Below are positions 27,351-41,900 of a stretch of 64,000 nucleotides of DNA, piece by piece (position 1 is the stretch's first letter; each line of letters opens with the position of its first letter). The notes beneath the pieces are model-generated. The model ran no database searches and was not told the origin of the DNA. It was given only the letters and a program-made list of their open reading frames with translations. The position numbers and the translations under genes were made by a program. Source of the DNA: Perna viridis (Eukaryota); contig CM074515.1 of the NCBI GenBank assembly GCA_037379345.1, positions 45,699,743-45,763,742 of the forward strand. Reading direction: 5' to 3'.

Positions 27351-28276
27351 GTAATCTGCAACCAAAATAACAGCATCATCATGAGAAAACTATTATATAT
27401 CAAGCATTTGTGGGCAACTGTCTCAGTTGTCTCCCATAGATGTGTGCTCTCCTATAGCCCTGGTGTCAGTTTCAGAAACAGTCATAAGTAATGACATCAC
27501 AACTGAAAATAGGATTGTGATGTCAGAACTTATGGTTTGTTTTATACCTACTATTTTTTGTGAAATTGACCGCTGGGGGTTGTGTGGGTTTGCTGTTAAG
27601 CCCAGTCGTTCCAAAGGCATTAAGTAGCAGCACTCCAGCAAAGAATCATGCAAAATATTGGAAAGCTTACACACTTTGAATTTTGAAATTAGCATGTGTC
27701 TTTTCATATAAAAGTCGGTTTAAGGAGATATAAATTATATACAATATATTGTAGAATTTAAAAAATAAAATATAAGGAAGTGATCTCTGTAAATGACACT
27801 AAAATACAATAGAACCTATTGAATTTTCAACTGGAATGAATAATTATACATTTCATCATGTACAACCATAAGGCAATTAAATTACAAAAATTAAAATGTG
27901 TAACTTTTTTTGGGTGTATCATATATTACAAAATTTGATGATTCTTACAAAGACTTCTACTTAAACTGGTAGTCAGTGAATGTACATGCCATGTATGGGA
28001 TAGAATGATGACTTTTTAGCTCAGAATCAACATTGAGTATCCTGGTAGGGAGACATGACTACCTGTGTATTTTTGAGAAAATTTGCATATAAATTTAAAT
28101 TTTAAAACTATTTGTATTCACCATTTAAATGTGATAACAATTAAACATGCTTGCAGATTAAACTTGTGTAAGGAGTAAGTTTCTCAAAATCATCACTATA
28201 ACTATGTGACTGGTGGTCATTTTTTAGGTATTCACTCTTTCTAATTATCTTGTAATAGTTATGTTATTTATTACAG

Positions 28277-28395
28277 TCAAAGATGGTGATGATATTAAGG
28301 ATACTGCCATAGAAGCCACTTCCAGACTGAAACAAACTCTCACCAACGAGAGAGAGGTCAAACTAAGGTTGCAGGATGAGGTTGATAATCTAAAG
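28277..28395 (+). CDS. LRRCC1: LRRCC1-like exon: VKDGDDIKDTAIEATSRLKQTLTNEREVKLRLQDEVDNLK
   Basis: ttacAG acceptor, phase-1 start matches the previous exon, AAG|GTAC donor, open coiled-coil frame. Confidence 0.88.
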
Positions 28396-29058
28396 GTACA
28401 ATATCCCATTCTACAAAGTTACTATGGGTTGTTTTGATCTTCAGTCTATGTGTCATAATGTCTTCTCCTACTATGGCGGGGATACATAAGTTTTTTTCTT
28501 CAGTTTGTTACACTTTTGGTAAGTGAAAATCATCTGAAACTACTGCACCAAATTTCACAAATTTTTGTGTAGGTAGTGCAGACCGATTATATAGTTGTGT
28601 ATATTCTGTGGATTTTGTGGTAGTTACACCTTTGTAAACTTTATCCTGGGGGATATTTTTTTTCAAGAAGAAGATAGCAAACTTGAATTTTATACAGTTA
28701 TTGTTAATTTTATCATTTATCAAAAATATGAAAACCAATACAATGTATTATCAGAACTGTGTGCTTGGTTTTTTTTTTTTTTTCATATGAGAATTTGTTT
28801 CAACAACATAACCTGTGTTGACCTTGGTAAATTTGATTAAACTTGCTCAAATATAAAGCCTGTAGAATCGTAGAGGTCATAAGTTGAAGATTGCTATTTC
28901 AGGCTTCTATTTGGTTACATTCAATATACCCTAATTTTACATTTTATGTCTGTTTTAATTGTACAGTGACCCTTTTATAAGATTCACTTCAATCAAACAC
29001 CAAGCCAGAATATTACTATTAATTAGATTGTGTTCATTACATTTAAATTTTTTTGAAG

Positions 29059-29193
29059 GATCAAGTAAAAACATTAAACCGACAGCTGGAGGTTGCCAAG
29101 GAAACAGAATCAAGTTACAAAAGGAGTATGAAGTCTTTAGAGGAGGTTACTGCTAAGATGGAGAGGGATAAACTTCAACAACAAACTCATGAG
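29059..29193 (+). CDS. LRRCC1: LRRCC1-like exon: DQVKTLNRQLEVAKETESSYKRSMKSLEEVTAKMERDKLQQQTHE
   Basis: ttttgaAG acceptor, GAG|GTATAC donor, 135 bp, phase 0/0, heptad-like sequence. Confidence 0.88.
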
Positions 29194-29302
29194 GTATACT
29201 TCTAGTGTAGGCAGTGAGTGTGGTCTATTTTGCCTAGGTTCAATGAAAGGTTTGAAAGCCTTGGGCCAGTTGAGTTTTAAATCTTGCTTTCTTTCAGTAT
29301 AA

Positions 29303-29460
29303 GAGAGAGTAATTGGGGAACCAAGACTCAAGTGGAAATCAAAGGATGAAGACTAATCAGGCAAAATAGAAATCACACAACAAAGAACTTGAAATAACCA
29401 AAATAATACCTACAAAGGAACAAAATTAAATGAGCAATCAGGTCTCCACTAAAAACTCAG
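29303..29460 (-). mobile_element. Old inverted 3' tail of the Penelope-like family
   Basis: The reverse complement reads gtttttagtggagacctgattgctcattt ... ttggttccccaattactctc. Confidence 0.6.
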
Positions 29461-29612
29461 AACTAAATAAATCCCTTAAGTATCAGTATAAATAGACTGA
29501 AACAAGCCCTGTCTCGTTAGTCCCTTTCAAAACTGGATTGGACTGGACAGATTGTTTGATCCACTGTTTAGGGTTTCAGTATACTTTCGACTGGGTACTC
29601 AATTGTAGAAGC

Positions 29613-29979
29613 CTAAGTGTCAGTCTCTTTAAGAATCAGGCAGTGGGTGAAACATGATATGAAAAAACTCATTTTGTTAGTGTAATTTGACCATTTGCAC
29701 CATCAGGAACAACGAAAAAAGACAAGGTTTGTTAAATTGAGATATATCTTTATTAAAATGCACTGAGAATAAACATCTCAAGGGCAGATAACTCTGCCAA
29801 AAACCTCATTTTCTAACATTCTATTGAAATATATCAAGTGATGCAGAGATCAAATAATGCCCTCTTTAAATAAAGAAAGCATCCTTGAGTGAAATTAAAT
29901 TGTCCAATCAGTGGGATTTTGACTTGCATGTTTCTGATATTTCCCTTTTTGCCTGCTTCTTACAAACAGTTACACTTAA
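29613..29979 (-). mobile_element. MITE family A, inverted copy
   Basis: Reverse-complement match to 3220-3605 and 32173-32558, with the same TIR core. Confidence 0.78.
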
Positions 29980-30708
29980 CCAATGAAAAAACAAGGTTCT
30001 TTTCTAGGGTTCACTTACAAAATCTTCATGTACCTGGTCCTTTTAAAATAAATTGCTCAAGAAAAATCATTTGGCTTAGTTGATGGATATTGTGTATTCA
30101 GCAAAAAAAACATATTTCAATTTTGATTAAGTTCCTCATAGGGAGTTTATTGCTGCAAATTACTCTTCGGTTCCTTGAATAAGTTGCCTTTGGTAAAGTG
30201 TGACTGACTTAGAATTGACATGATGGGGTGCTCTATGATAAACATATGCACTTTGGAAATTCATTTAATTGAGGATGTATTTTTGAAATTTAAAAAATGA
30301 ACCGGCATTAAAGTTTGAATGATCATGCTATAACATTGATCATGTAAGAAAAATGAGTTATTCAAGTGCTTTTTTCTTAAAGGTTCAAGCATGATTTTTG
30401 AAGGCTTCTTCTTATTGACTGAAAATCAACTTTTTGATTTGTTTTGTAGGATTTTTGTTGAAATTTTGGTGACACCATTTGGAATAGATTATAAATGGAT
30501 TTTTGGGATTTTTTTTGCCATCTTTTCTTCTTCATTTTATTTTTCATCAGTCTATTTCCATGCAGCTATAATTTTTTCTATTTCTCCTCTCATAGTTCTT
30601 TTTTTGATTTTCGAAGACCATGTTTATGACAAATACAGGTTTAACTGTGAAAGTAACAAAAAATAAAATTAGATTGAAAATAAAACTGCCACAAAATTTC
30701 ATAGTTTA

Positions 30709-32130
30709 GGCCAAAAAAAATGTCTGTTTAGGGTTACATTCCTCCCAAAAATAGGGTAGGTAGGTAGGCATTTTCATTTTTTTTTTTTTTTTTTTTTTTC
30801 ATTTTATTTTTTCTCGACTAAAGCCTATATTTGTAAAATTGCATCGTGTTTAAGTCATGAAAGTGTTTGGTTTTAAGTAGAAAGTGTTAATTTTTAACAT
30901 ACACACCTATTAATCATGTCTTTTATTACAATACACTTATTTTTGGTAGGAATTTTGAACAATATATAAGTACACTGTATTTTAAAACGTTACCTGCAAA
31001 TATATTTTAAAAAGTTAAAAATTTCTCTGTTCATTGATGTATTTTTTTAAGACAAAGTGAAAAATGCATATTTATATGAATAAAGTGTTATCAGAATGTT
31101 TCATTCATTTGTTTTATTAAACCTTGAGTATGAATAATGTCTGACCTGTATATTATAGATGTACAAATGTATGTTGGGTACCGTAAAATAAGTGGCAACA
31201 AGCAGAAACTGCTACCCTGTCTTGAGCAGCTGAGTTCACTCTAGAACTAATGCAAGTTCATGTTGCTGATTGTAATATGTGTTTCTTCACAGTGTTGTTC
31301 TATGTGTCTTCTATGTCTAATTATTTTGTCTGGTTTTGTGTTTTGGACTTCAAAATTAAAACCTCCTTAAGGCTTTTAATGTTTAGTTGTTAAAAACAAT
31401 CAGTCTAAAACTATCAGTCTGATACTGGACAAAGACTGGGGGATAAAAGGCTCTTGAATGTGATGTGTTTAAGTTGTAATTGAACCTGCACAAGAAAAAT
31501 CTAATTATTTCATGTACAATCACTTTAAATCTAGGAGAATGTTTAAAGAACTCTAATCAAGAACAGAATATTTAAGTATTGTTTGACAAAAACCAACTAT
31601 GTCAAAACAACATGGATGTCCTGTTTAACACTTTAAAGTGTTTGATGCAATATTTTTGTTGTTGCGTGTTGCTATTTAGGGCATATCAAGTTAACTGTAA
31701 ATAGATTCTCATCCACATATGTTAAAAATATTTGGCAGGATGAGAGGCTTTTACTTTTTAACTATTTTCATTTAAAAAGTCCATAAAATTAAAAGAATTT
31801 TGTAAAAATTCCAAAATAAAATAACTTAGCTGTTATAAAGTTTGAGTGACATCATTTATTATATTTTAGTACCACAATACTCGTGGCTTCCATTGTGCTC
31901 ATCATCAGTAATACGGTTGGATTTACGTGATATAAATCAGTCTCCTATTCAAACGCTATTGTGACCTAGTTTTAAACGTTCTTTCGGTTTTACCGGAAAT
32001 GATCCGTATTATACCGGAAATTGGCAGAAATTACCGATTTTGTTAATTTTGGAGAAAAAATGTATTAGGTTTGGGAGAAAAAATTAGTGTTGGTCGGGAA
32101 ACCCGAAACAGACGTATTTGTTTTTTGGCC
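30709..32130. mobile_element. Non-autonomous PIF/Harbinger-like DNA transposon (~1.4 kb)
   Basis: TIRs ggccaaaaaaaatgtctgtttagggtt ... aacccgaaacagacgtatttgttttttggcc. 3-bp TTA TSD at 30706-08 and 32131-33. No transposase ORF. Confidence 0.75.
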
Positions 32131-32172
32131 TTACAGTAAACTACCAATTTATTTTGATTAGCCTTTAAGTTA

Positions 32173-32558
32173 TTAAGTGTAAGTATTTATAAAAATCAGG
32201 CAAAATGAGGAAAATTAGAAACATGCAAGTCAAAACCCCACCAATCTGACAATATAATATCACTCAAGGATGCTTTCTCTATTTGAAAAGACTATTATTT
32301 GATCTCTGCATCATTGGATTTGCTCAGAAATTTTTCAATAGCATCTTAGAAAAATTAGGTTTTTGACAGAGTTGGCCCTTAAAATGTTCATTTTCAGTGC
32401 ATTTCAATGAAATTGTATCTCAATGCATCAGCATGGAAAACCTTGTCTTTTTTTTCTTGATTCTTATGGTGTAAATAGTCAAATTACATTTTCAAAATGA
32501 TGGATTTTTCTTACCATGTTTCACATACTGCCTGATTCTTACAGGGACTGACACTTAG
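32173..32558 (+). mobile_element. MITE family A, copy 2
   Basis: Colinear with 3220-3605 over its full length. Confidence 0.8.
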
Positions 32559-33468
32559 GGGAATAATGTTGCCAATTTTATTTTTCAATATGAGAAGTCA
32601 AGGAAACTGAATTGTTGAACAATGTAATGGAAACTCATTTGGTTAGGTTTGTTTTTATATCTCTAGAGTTTTGGCACATGTGCAATGGGAGATTATTGCA
32701 CTGTAAGGATGTAAACATTGTCTCCTTTATATTGCTTTCATTGATTCAGAATTGTTGAACTATATAAGATAACTGTACTTGCTGGTTTCAATAGCCTTTT
32801 AGAAAAAATAAGTCAAGTTGTAAGAAAGCGTGAACATTTTTAACATCTTTGTTGTTAACTAGATGAATGAAAATATAAATTCTTTTATGTAGAAAATATA
32901 AAAGTACTTAATGGATTTTTGTTCTTTGCTGCGTCTTCACTTCGTTTCCTCATTGTAATTGCATCATAGTTACGCAAAAAGAATGGCTTAAGACTCCCAA
33001 TCCTTCAACGTCAGATTTGGAGAGAAACGTTATGCAATCTCTCTAAGGATTAATGTAGAGTGCTCAATTTGTTCATTCTAATTTTCGTTTTTTGATGAAG
33101 TTCTTTCAAGTCACTGAGTACCAAATCATTGGATAATAAGTTTAAGATTTGTGATTTGCCTTTGAAAAGTCAACGTTTACTAATTTGATTGATTAATTAG
33201 AGCAATTGATATTTAAGTTCAACCAACAATGTTAATGTTTTTAGGGGAGTGGAAAAAGAGGGAGTTTGACATGATCTTATCCATCCATTTCATTTCTATG
33301 CATAAATCCTGCAGATAACTTCTCTTTAAAATGAGATTGTACTAGATACAGGGGTAACCTTTTAGTGAACAGTTGTTGAATTTTTATGAAAGCCATATTT
33401 TTAAAATATTTTTAAGTTGTGACAGTACAGTAGGAAAATGTATTATCATGTTGAAACTTACAGTTGAT

Positions 33469-33859
33469 TTAAGTACCTTTCTGTGTAAGAATCAGGCAAT
33501 GGGTGGCACATCATTCGCCCCAAGTTAGTCACTTTTTCCTATTATATTCAGTACATATAGAAAATAACCAAAAAGCTATTTAAGTTTTGCTGGAAGCATC
33601 TGTGAAGTAGATATTTTTTGACTGCTTATATTGGGGAAGAGTGCAGGAAAATTTTCCCGCCATTTTTCCATAGTGCATTTCAACTTAATTGACCTATCAA
33701 TATCTTAAAAAGACAAATTTTACAAACACTTTGATGGTTATTTCTGGTTGTGGTCAGGTATAATTAATTGGTTAATGCAATAAAATCTCTGCATTTTTTT
33801 CCTTCACATGCCACACCTTATATACATTTTGCCCTATTTTTAGACAGAGAAGTACTTAA
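33469..33859 (+). mobile_element. MITE family B, uninterrupted copy
   Basis: TTAA-gtac ... gtac-TTAA ends. Colinear with 6511-7412 minus the retroposon. Confidence 0.85.
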
Positions 33860-33914
33860 TACTTTCAACTTTTTTCTGGTCACTATTCTTGTGTATTAAT
33901 GTCTTTTTTTACAG

Positions 33915-34054
33915 CAAAAGAAGGTCAATGAAGCTAATATGAAGTCAGCAGCTTTACAGAGAGAGGCTGAAATGTTACGAAGTATGGTTGAAAAACAAAA
34001 AACTCAAATACATCAACTACAAGACTTGTTAGCAAACAGGGAACAACAACACAG
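33915..34054 (+). CDS. LRRCC1: LRRCC1-like exon: QKKVNEANMKSAALQREAEMLRSMVEKQKTQIHQLQDLLANREQQH(R)
   Basis: ttttacAG acceptor, AG|GTTCAT donor (phase 2). Overlaps ORF 33939-34235. Confidence 0.88.
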
Positions 34055-35169
34055 GTTCATATACAGCTCACAGTTATGTCCCTTGCTGTTCAACAGGTTT
34101 ATAGTGATCATGGTGTCTGTCTGTCTGTCTGTCTATCTGATTATCCATTCATTAGTCCACATTTATTTTGTTACAGGTTTCTCTGGAACTACCTATGAAT
34201 TATCATGGCGACATAATTTTGTTGATGATACCTGATAGACCGTTCACTTTTTTCATTTCTGAAAATAGTTTTTTGTTTAATTTCCAGTCTGTGTACTTTG
34301 AACTGTTTTAGGTTTAGTTTTTTAGGGGATTGGGGTTCTATTTTTAGGGACCCAGATTGGGGTCTACAAATAATTGCAAACAGCCTTCCTTGGTTTTTGC
34401 TCCATATATTTAGTTTGTAATAACAGGTCATCATGCACAGATAAAAAGCAATTTTTCCATCTTCAACAAAAGGCAATTCATTAAAGATAATAAAAATTAC
34501 ATATAAGAATGGATTTATTTCAATAGCTCGTATGAACTTTTGAAATCTGAAGAAATAAATTTTAAAAGTCAGATTCTGAAGGTTTTGCAATTTCTTATAA
34601 ATAACTTTTAATGTACTTTGAAAATTAAGCTTGGCGAATCCTTTCATGTGAGTATACATCTATTAAATGAAAGAATTCTGATGATGCCCACGGATCTATT
34701 CATTCAAAGTTTCAATCTGTCTATTAATTTACTTGCGTTGGCGTTCATTAGACTAGGCCAAAGAAAATATTTGTTTTTGTTATTTGTTTTCCTTTTGTGA
34801 CAATGGTTGGTTTGGTAAAAGATTGAAAAATTAGGCCAGAAAAAAAATGTCTTTTGTCCTTTAGAATTTTATTTTGTATAGCAGTAATTATTTGAGCCCT
34901 GAAATTTGAAGTTCATATAACCATTAGATTTTAAATTTAAGATTTGAAGAATAAAAAAATAGTATTTTATAATAAACTTTTCTACAATTAATTTGTTTTT
35001 AAAAGTATAAATGAAATGGTTGAAAACTTCGATAGTTTTACTGTAAATTTTGTTTGGTTTAAAGAGGTGTTCACTTTACCAAGGTTCAAAATACATTTTA
35101 ATCGATTTATGTAAACAGGACTAAAAAGTGCCCAGTTTAGACAGGTTTAACAGTAATTCAGGCTTCCAA

Positions 35170-35392
35170 TTCAGGCAGCTTATCCAATTATTCATGGTTT
35201 GATTAGACAGGTTATCCAGTTATCCAATTATTCATGGTTTGATTAGACAGGTTATCCAATTATTCATGATTTTATTAGACAGGTTATCCAATTATTCATG
35301 GTTTGGTTAAGACAGGGTATTCAATTATTCATTGTTTGGTTTAGGCAGGTTATCCAATTATTCAGAGTTCCAGCTTAGACAGGTTTTACTAC
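35170..35392. repeat. ~32-bp tandem repeat (ttatccaattattcatggtttgattagacagg), ~6 units, inside a Tc1/mariner-type MITE remnant
   Basis: Periodicity visible directly. Flanks share ttagacagg/caggttttact motifs with 24616-24779. Confidence 0.85.
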
Positions 35393-35602
35393 TTTACATG
35401 ATAAGCTCTGTAGTTAGGACCTAAAAGGAATATTTATGTTTTCCTTACTAGAGAACAGTTTTAAAAGTTTAGCATGAGATTTGATGAAAGCATATTGTCA
35501 ATGCGAATTATATATATCTTCCACTGGCATCAAGAAAAATGTATAGTTCATTACTTTTTGTTATACTAAAAATTGTTAAAAAGTCTTACAGGAATTTGTT
35601 AT

Positions 35603-35795
35603 CAGGGGTGGATTCAGGATTTTATGGAGGGGAGGCGTAATTATGATAACCAGTACAAAAGGAAACCAAATTATGACATGTTTAATGAATGAATATTGTA
35701 AATTGCCATATTCAATACAATGTTTAGCAGACTAAGACAGATTTTTTTTTTTCTTCATCGTACACCCATTACGCCCTCACCTGGACCCGCCCCTG
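35603..35795. mobile_element. Short TIR element (caggggtggattcagg ... cctggacccgcccctg); relative at 61467-61619
   Basis: GC-rich CAG...CTG inverted termini. No clean TSD seen. Confidence 0.6.
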
Positions 35796-38700
35796 TTTAT
35801 GGCGGAAAAAAATGTCTCAATTTTCTACGAAGCACCAAACTGTGATGAAAATAGAAGGAAATATTTTATTCACATACTACAAGGAAATAGTTTTGCTCTC
35901 ATATAGATGTAGTGTAATGACTTTGGATTGGCCTAAAAAGGAAATCATACCAGAAATTGTAGACCTACCAGATTATTTCTTCTCGTTAATTTTTTTACTG
36001 TTGCTGCAAGAGATTAAGGCGAGGTTAGTGACCAGTCTGGTCAAAAAGTTATCAGTAAAATAACCATAACAGTCTAGTCTAAATGATTGCTTTGAAATTT
36101 GAACATCTTATCTCTGTTGTAGGGTATTAGGGTACATGTCTACAGTCAAATTAATGTAAATGCAGAATAAATATCGCAGAGTTTGGGTCCATTCAGCAGA
36201 ACTTTTAAATAATAAGTTCAAGTTAACTACAGGCATATATAATGCTTAAATGTCAAAATTATGAAGTGCTTAATATTTTGGTACAAAAATCACTATAAAC
36301 AGATCTGTGATTTTTGCATTTTTGTTAGAACTTTTAGTGCAGGAGTAACTTTCAGTAGTCCCATAGAGAATATAATCCACCTGAATTACAGTTTTGGAAT
36401 CAGATCACTAAGGTTGTTGTATAATGATGGTAAACTGATTATTTTGAAAGCATGAATTGTACATTATTCGATCAATTCCCCCATATTCATTTGAACCCTT
36501 CTTCATAGAACTACAGTGCATACAATGATTATGTTCAGAGGATGAAGTTGGAATTCCCTGGATTAAATGACAGTTAATAAGGAGATTTAAACTTTCTAAT
36601 GGACATAAATTTAAATACCTGTGGAATGATAGAAAGTTCAAGTCTCCTTCTCAGTTATCCAGGTAACTACCTAAGGAAATTCATCAGGTGATTTCCATTA
36701 AATCAAGATCAGATTTATTACCTGAAGCGTACAATTTTCCTCTCTGTAACTTAATTTACTGAGTGCATTAATGTTAGTATGGTTGATATGAGTTGTATTT
36801 GGAAAAAAAATGTCATTGAATTTATTAATATCATTAAATTAAATAAGATTCTTTTACTTGCTTTCTATCAAAACTTCATTGACTAACAGTTGTATTCGCG
36901 CGTTCATCAATGGCCATTCATTTGGTGTAATTGTCCCACCAGTATTATTTCCTTTGTTGAAAAGGCTATAATTTTTTTGTTGATTTATTTAATTTGTCTG
37001 TTCACCATTTATAGATTAAGATCTGGTTTATCTCCCACTCTGTGGATAAATATGGTTCAATGGTCATCCATATAAGAGTAAGGCAGGCTTTTTAATATTG
37101 GATATAAGCTTAGCATGAGACTGAGGAGTTGGTCCTTCAAAGTTTTATTTTACCATTTACGAGTTTTTTAGGGTATCAAGGAATAACCCTGTATCTCTGT
37201 TTATATCTTTGTCTTTCCACATTTCTTGTAAATGCAATATCTCCTAAACCCCTCAAAGGATTATTATAACATTTTAGACTTGGAAAGAGGGTTCTATAAG
37301 CAAAGATTCCAATGTATATGGGGAAATAAGTCAAACAACACTGTTAATATTGTACAATTCATGCTTTCAAAAGAAGGTTGGGCATCATTTGTAGATGTTC
37401 ATGAAGGTATATCATTATTATTGGAAGACTCTAAAGGGAGATAATTTTATCCAATTTAAGGTTTTTTATGTGATAAGTACATTAGTAGAACACCTGAACC
37501 CCTCAAGGATTTTGATGAAATTTTATAGGAAGATTAGACATTGTTTATAGATGTGTCATTGTGTGTGATGTAACTATTACTGGAAGACTGTAAGGGAAAT
37601 AATTGAAATTAATGGTCTAACACTTAACTCAGTTTGAAGTTGGGGATATTCTTTAGTTTAGCTTACTCACAGTATCTTTAGGTATATTTCATCCCAGCCA
37701 GATCATTATTTCCAATAATATTCCAGACTAGTGACTTCATAAGAAGATTATAGAAAACACTGAGTTATTGGTATAAAGTGTGTATTTTATTACTATTATG
37801 TTAGGTTCGTTTGTGGTATAAAGTGTTTATGAATGTTTTCTCCTGGTAGTTTTTAACAGAATTCTAAATCTATTAATTGGTATTGGAAATAGATTTAAGG
37901 GTTCTTTTAAGGTCAGAGATATATAGGATAGGATGTTTCTTCCAGTTAATCATCTTTCTATCAAAGTAAAATAGGATAGGAAAGAGTCATTTAAGTTTCG
38001 TTATCTTGTTTTACTTATTTTTGATAAAATCTCAAAGTTGGGTTGAATGTTGAATTTTTAATACTAAAACTATATTTTCAACAATAAAATGCCATTTTAA
38101 TGTTTTGTCATCTAGAAAACTTGCATCATTGATGTCATAAATTTCCAATGCAAGTTTTTATCATTGAGATAACAATCCCTGTCATAATTTTTACAGTAGT
38201 TTCTGAGTCAGCCACATTATTATTACATCTGCCAAAAAAATGTGGTTTTTTTTTAATAACAAAGCAGTGCTTCTATTCAAAACAAGTAGTAATGAGCACT
38301 TTGCCAATATATATGGTAGGAAGCAAGATCAAAATTGTAATGAAAGTTCAATTCTGGGATATTTCAATCGAAATATTAGCATACGTTCTAACAGTGCATG
38401 ATGATTGGGTTGACCTTTTAAAGGGTCAATGGAGACATTTTTTCCAGCAGTGTAAATTTTTAATGTTCATGTTGTAGATATTGTACACAAACATGGCTGA
38501 CATTACTGTAACTAAGGATCTTTTTTTTTCTGTGTCGATATCCAAGGATCATTGTCAAAGTTTGAATGTTTACTTAGTATCATAAGGTACAGATCAAGTT
38601 CAAATTTCAGTTTGATCGATCAGATCTGACATAATTTTTTTCTTTTTTGGACAATAAATTCTGGAAAAAAGTAAAATATTTGATTCTAGCTTGAACACCC

Positions 38701-38856
38701 TAAATATTAAGCTTAACAAATACTCTCTCACATTTTCAGAATATTACACAAGTTTTCATCAATTTACTATCCATATTTACAATTGATTTGTTATATTGAC
38801 CTTTAATATGGCTTACATTCATGATTATTTATTTTCTTGATTTTTCACCCACACAG

Positions 38857-38973
38857 AGAGGATCTTAAAAAACGGTACTCCCCTGACAGTCAAGAATTAA
38901 AAGAGCTCATAGATGTTGAGGTCAAAAGGTCAAATCAGGATTACACCAGAGAGTTAAAAGGTCAACAGGAAAA
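38857..38973 (+). CDS. LRRCC1: LRRCC1-like exon: (R)EDLKKRYSPDSQELKELIDVEVKRSNQDYTRELKGQQE(K)
   Basis: acacAG acceptor, AA|GTGAGT donor, phase 2/2, consistent with both neighbours. Confidence 0.87.
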
Positions 38974-41900
38974 GTGAGTACATTTATCATAAAATTAGAC
39001 AGTATGAAATTCTTAGCAAATTGATGAACTTTATTAAGATGCTTGTTATGCATATGGAGATTATTGGCTGAAGCAGGTTATATTCAAGTGTGCACCTCTG
39101 GTATTTAGGGTGTTTCCATAAGTGTTAAATTTCCCACTTTTGACAAGAGCCTCCGTTTGAATTTATGAAATGATTCAACAATCTCCTGCCTACATGCCCA
39201 AGCAGCCAGAGACAAAGAAGGAGATTTAGCCATATTTGGGAATTTCTCCTGTCTTATTTGAATTTACAGCTTAAAATGGTTAAAACAATTACTTCAGTTC
39301 TTGTCAAAACAAATTGACCTTGAAGACCATTAATTTGCTGTCATTGTACGTCAGGGAAACATTGTGTGTCATCTTTCTGGGGAGGGAATGTTGCTAGAAA
39401 TTGTCAGAATAAAGTCTTAGTGGATTTAAGTCAAAATAAGGTCTGTTGCTAAATATAAAACATGTCATGAAAAAAACCTTGGGAAATCTCTCACTTTTGA
39501 AAATCTTCAAGAGAGAGAGATCTCCCAATTTAGAATTTTCAAGGGTAAACACCTTTGTATTTGAAATACAGATAAAAATATAACATACATTCCTTAGGAG
39601 TTAATTTTTTTATTAATTTTAACAAGTAGCTCATGAAGAAATGTTGATGACATCACAGTCATGTAACAAAATTTTATCTTCATGTATGTAATGATAGACT
39701 AATTTTTTTATCCAATCAGAAAGCCTGTTTTTTTTCTGAAATGAAATTACCATGACATAAATAGAAAAGTTGAGAAAATATCAAACAGTTAGAAACCTCC
39801 TGCAAGAATTTAATTATCCTGCTTATTTAATCATTGGGCTGAAAAAGGGTGATGTATTTTTACCCTGTGGTATCTATACTAAAGGCTGTAAATTGTTGTA
39901 AAGAAATCTAACGAATACGGTAGTTTACACAAAATACATGGAAAAGGAAGTCTGTGTGTTATTTGAAATAAGAATTGAGTAATTTGACTCTTTTGAAATA
40001 CTTCTAAATGATCTTGAATGTTTCTTAATACAGTTTGAAAGCTTCAAGCTTTTCTTGAAATTAGAAGATTCTTTTCCAGGTTTCTTTTACATTTTTCTGG
40101 CTTCAAGCAGATTCAATTGACTTAGATTTTGTTTTCAGTAAATACATCAATTGCAATTTTTCTTGTTTGTAATTTAAAACACATTGTTCAAGACAACAAT
40201 TATATTTTTAATTACAAACTACCTCATCTTGAATTAAATTTATGATATGAAAATTACAAGACTTAAAATCTTTATATGTGTTGATATATTGAAATGTCAT
40301 GTAGAAAAGAGGAGAAAGTACAGTAAGACCTGTTTTTGGCCTGTTTTTGGTTAATACAAATGTGGTGGCAGAGTTTATCCTTCCTTTAATACTTGTTACT
40401 ACAAATCCAGTCCACTTGTAGTGACCGTTTATTTCTAATGCTGGTAGTTTTGATTGTATTTTGTCATTCTTTATTATATTCTGAGCTTGCTTTCAGTAAC
40501 TGTGAGCGTTCTTATTTATTTGTTCTATATGGCTTACGTAAGATATTTCATGGAGAGATTTGGATGTATTATTGAGTGAATTTTGTTTTTGTTGTTTCCG
40601 TTCATTTTTTACCTTACATTAAAGGGGATGGTTAAGGCCTTATAAAAATAGTTTGACAAACCTAGTCAGGAGATATTAGTCATTAATGTGTCTTTATGTA
40701 GTTATTTTACTTTTTAATTTGATTTTGAAGAATTGTCATCATTCTGTTATCATGGATTTTATAACTATAGTTTTTTGGGCCTTTCAGTGCTTACTTTAAG
40801 GTGTGTATACACTTGTTGAAGACCTTTTGGTGACCACTGAAGGTGTGTATACACTTGTTGAAGACCTTTTGGTGATCCCTGACAGTATTTTCTATGTTTT
40901 ATATTTGTGCATTTGTTGTTACACTATATCTGTTTTTTTTTTTTTCAATTGCCAGGATTAGGCAATTTACACTTATTCCTACCTCTAACCCCCCCCCCCA
41001 CAAACACACACACACACAATTAAAAAAAAACAAAATAAGATCTTCTTGATAAATAGTCTTAGATAATAGGATTATGAAATTAAGAAGAATGTGGGTTAGA
41101 ATTTTGATGTTTAATCAAATTTTCGTTAGAATTCATTTATATAGAGGTGGGAGGCACAGAGGTGGATTCCATCTTATGATATACGATTATTCCCTATGTA
41201 ACTGAAAGTCAGTATATAGAAGAAGTAGGTAGGGAGATAAATGTTAACTACCACCCACATCATCACAGATTCAATTGTGTATGAATCATTTGTATGGTAA
41301 TTTTTTTCTGTGCACGAAGTCGCATTTTCATGTTTTATCTTGGTCTGTTCAGCTATTGGGCGAAAAAGTTGGGAGAAAGATGAGCATATCCAAAAGTTAT
41401 TCCATTCTAAAGATGATTCATTGAAACCAGTATTAACTGAAATCTGATATAAAATGGAATCCAGTCAAAACCAAACATTTTTTTAAACTTTTTTGTGTCA
41501 GTTTAAATGTATTTTGGACCTGAGTAATCCAAACACTTGTCTAAACTGAACATAAAAATGGTATATGCATACCTGTTAACTGTCCCATACAATCTAAGAA
41601 AAATTCAGAATCTCTAACATAAAAATGTATGATTTGTGATAGGTTTATGGTTAATATTACTATATTTTCTGTGAAAAATACTTTATAATTGAATTTTTAC
41701 CAAAAAAATTTGCTTTTACATAAAAATCTTTCACATGAGACAAGTGTCTTTGGGGGATAATCTCCCACAATATGTCCCAATGGTTAACTGGTATAGTTCT
41801 GTATACTTGTTGGAAAGTCAACATTGGAATAACCTTGAAAATCCTTGGAAATTGTCATCATTCATTTTTTACTGTAATTTACTCTGAAGCCGATATTCTT

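Noticed and set aside
34189-34659. 156-aa minus-strand ORF
   Set aside because: Lies in AT-rich, repeat-like intronic sequence, has K/I/F-biased composition and no motif.
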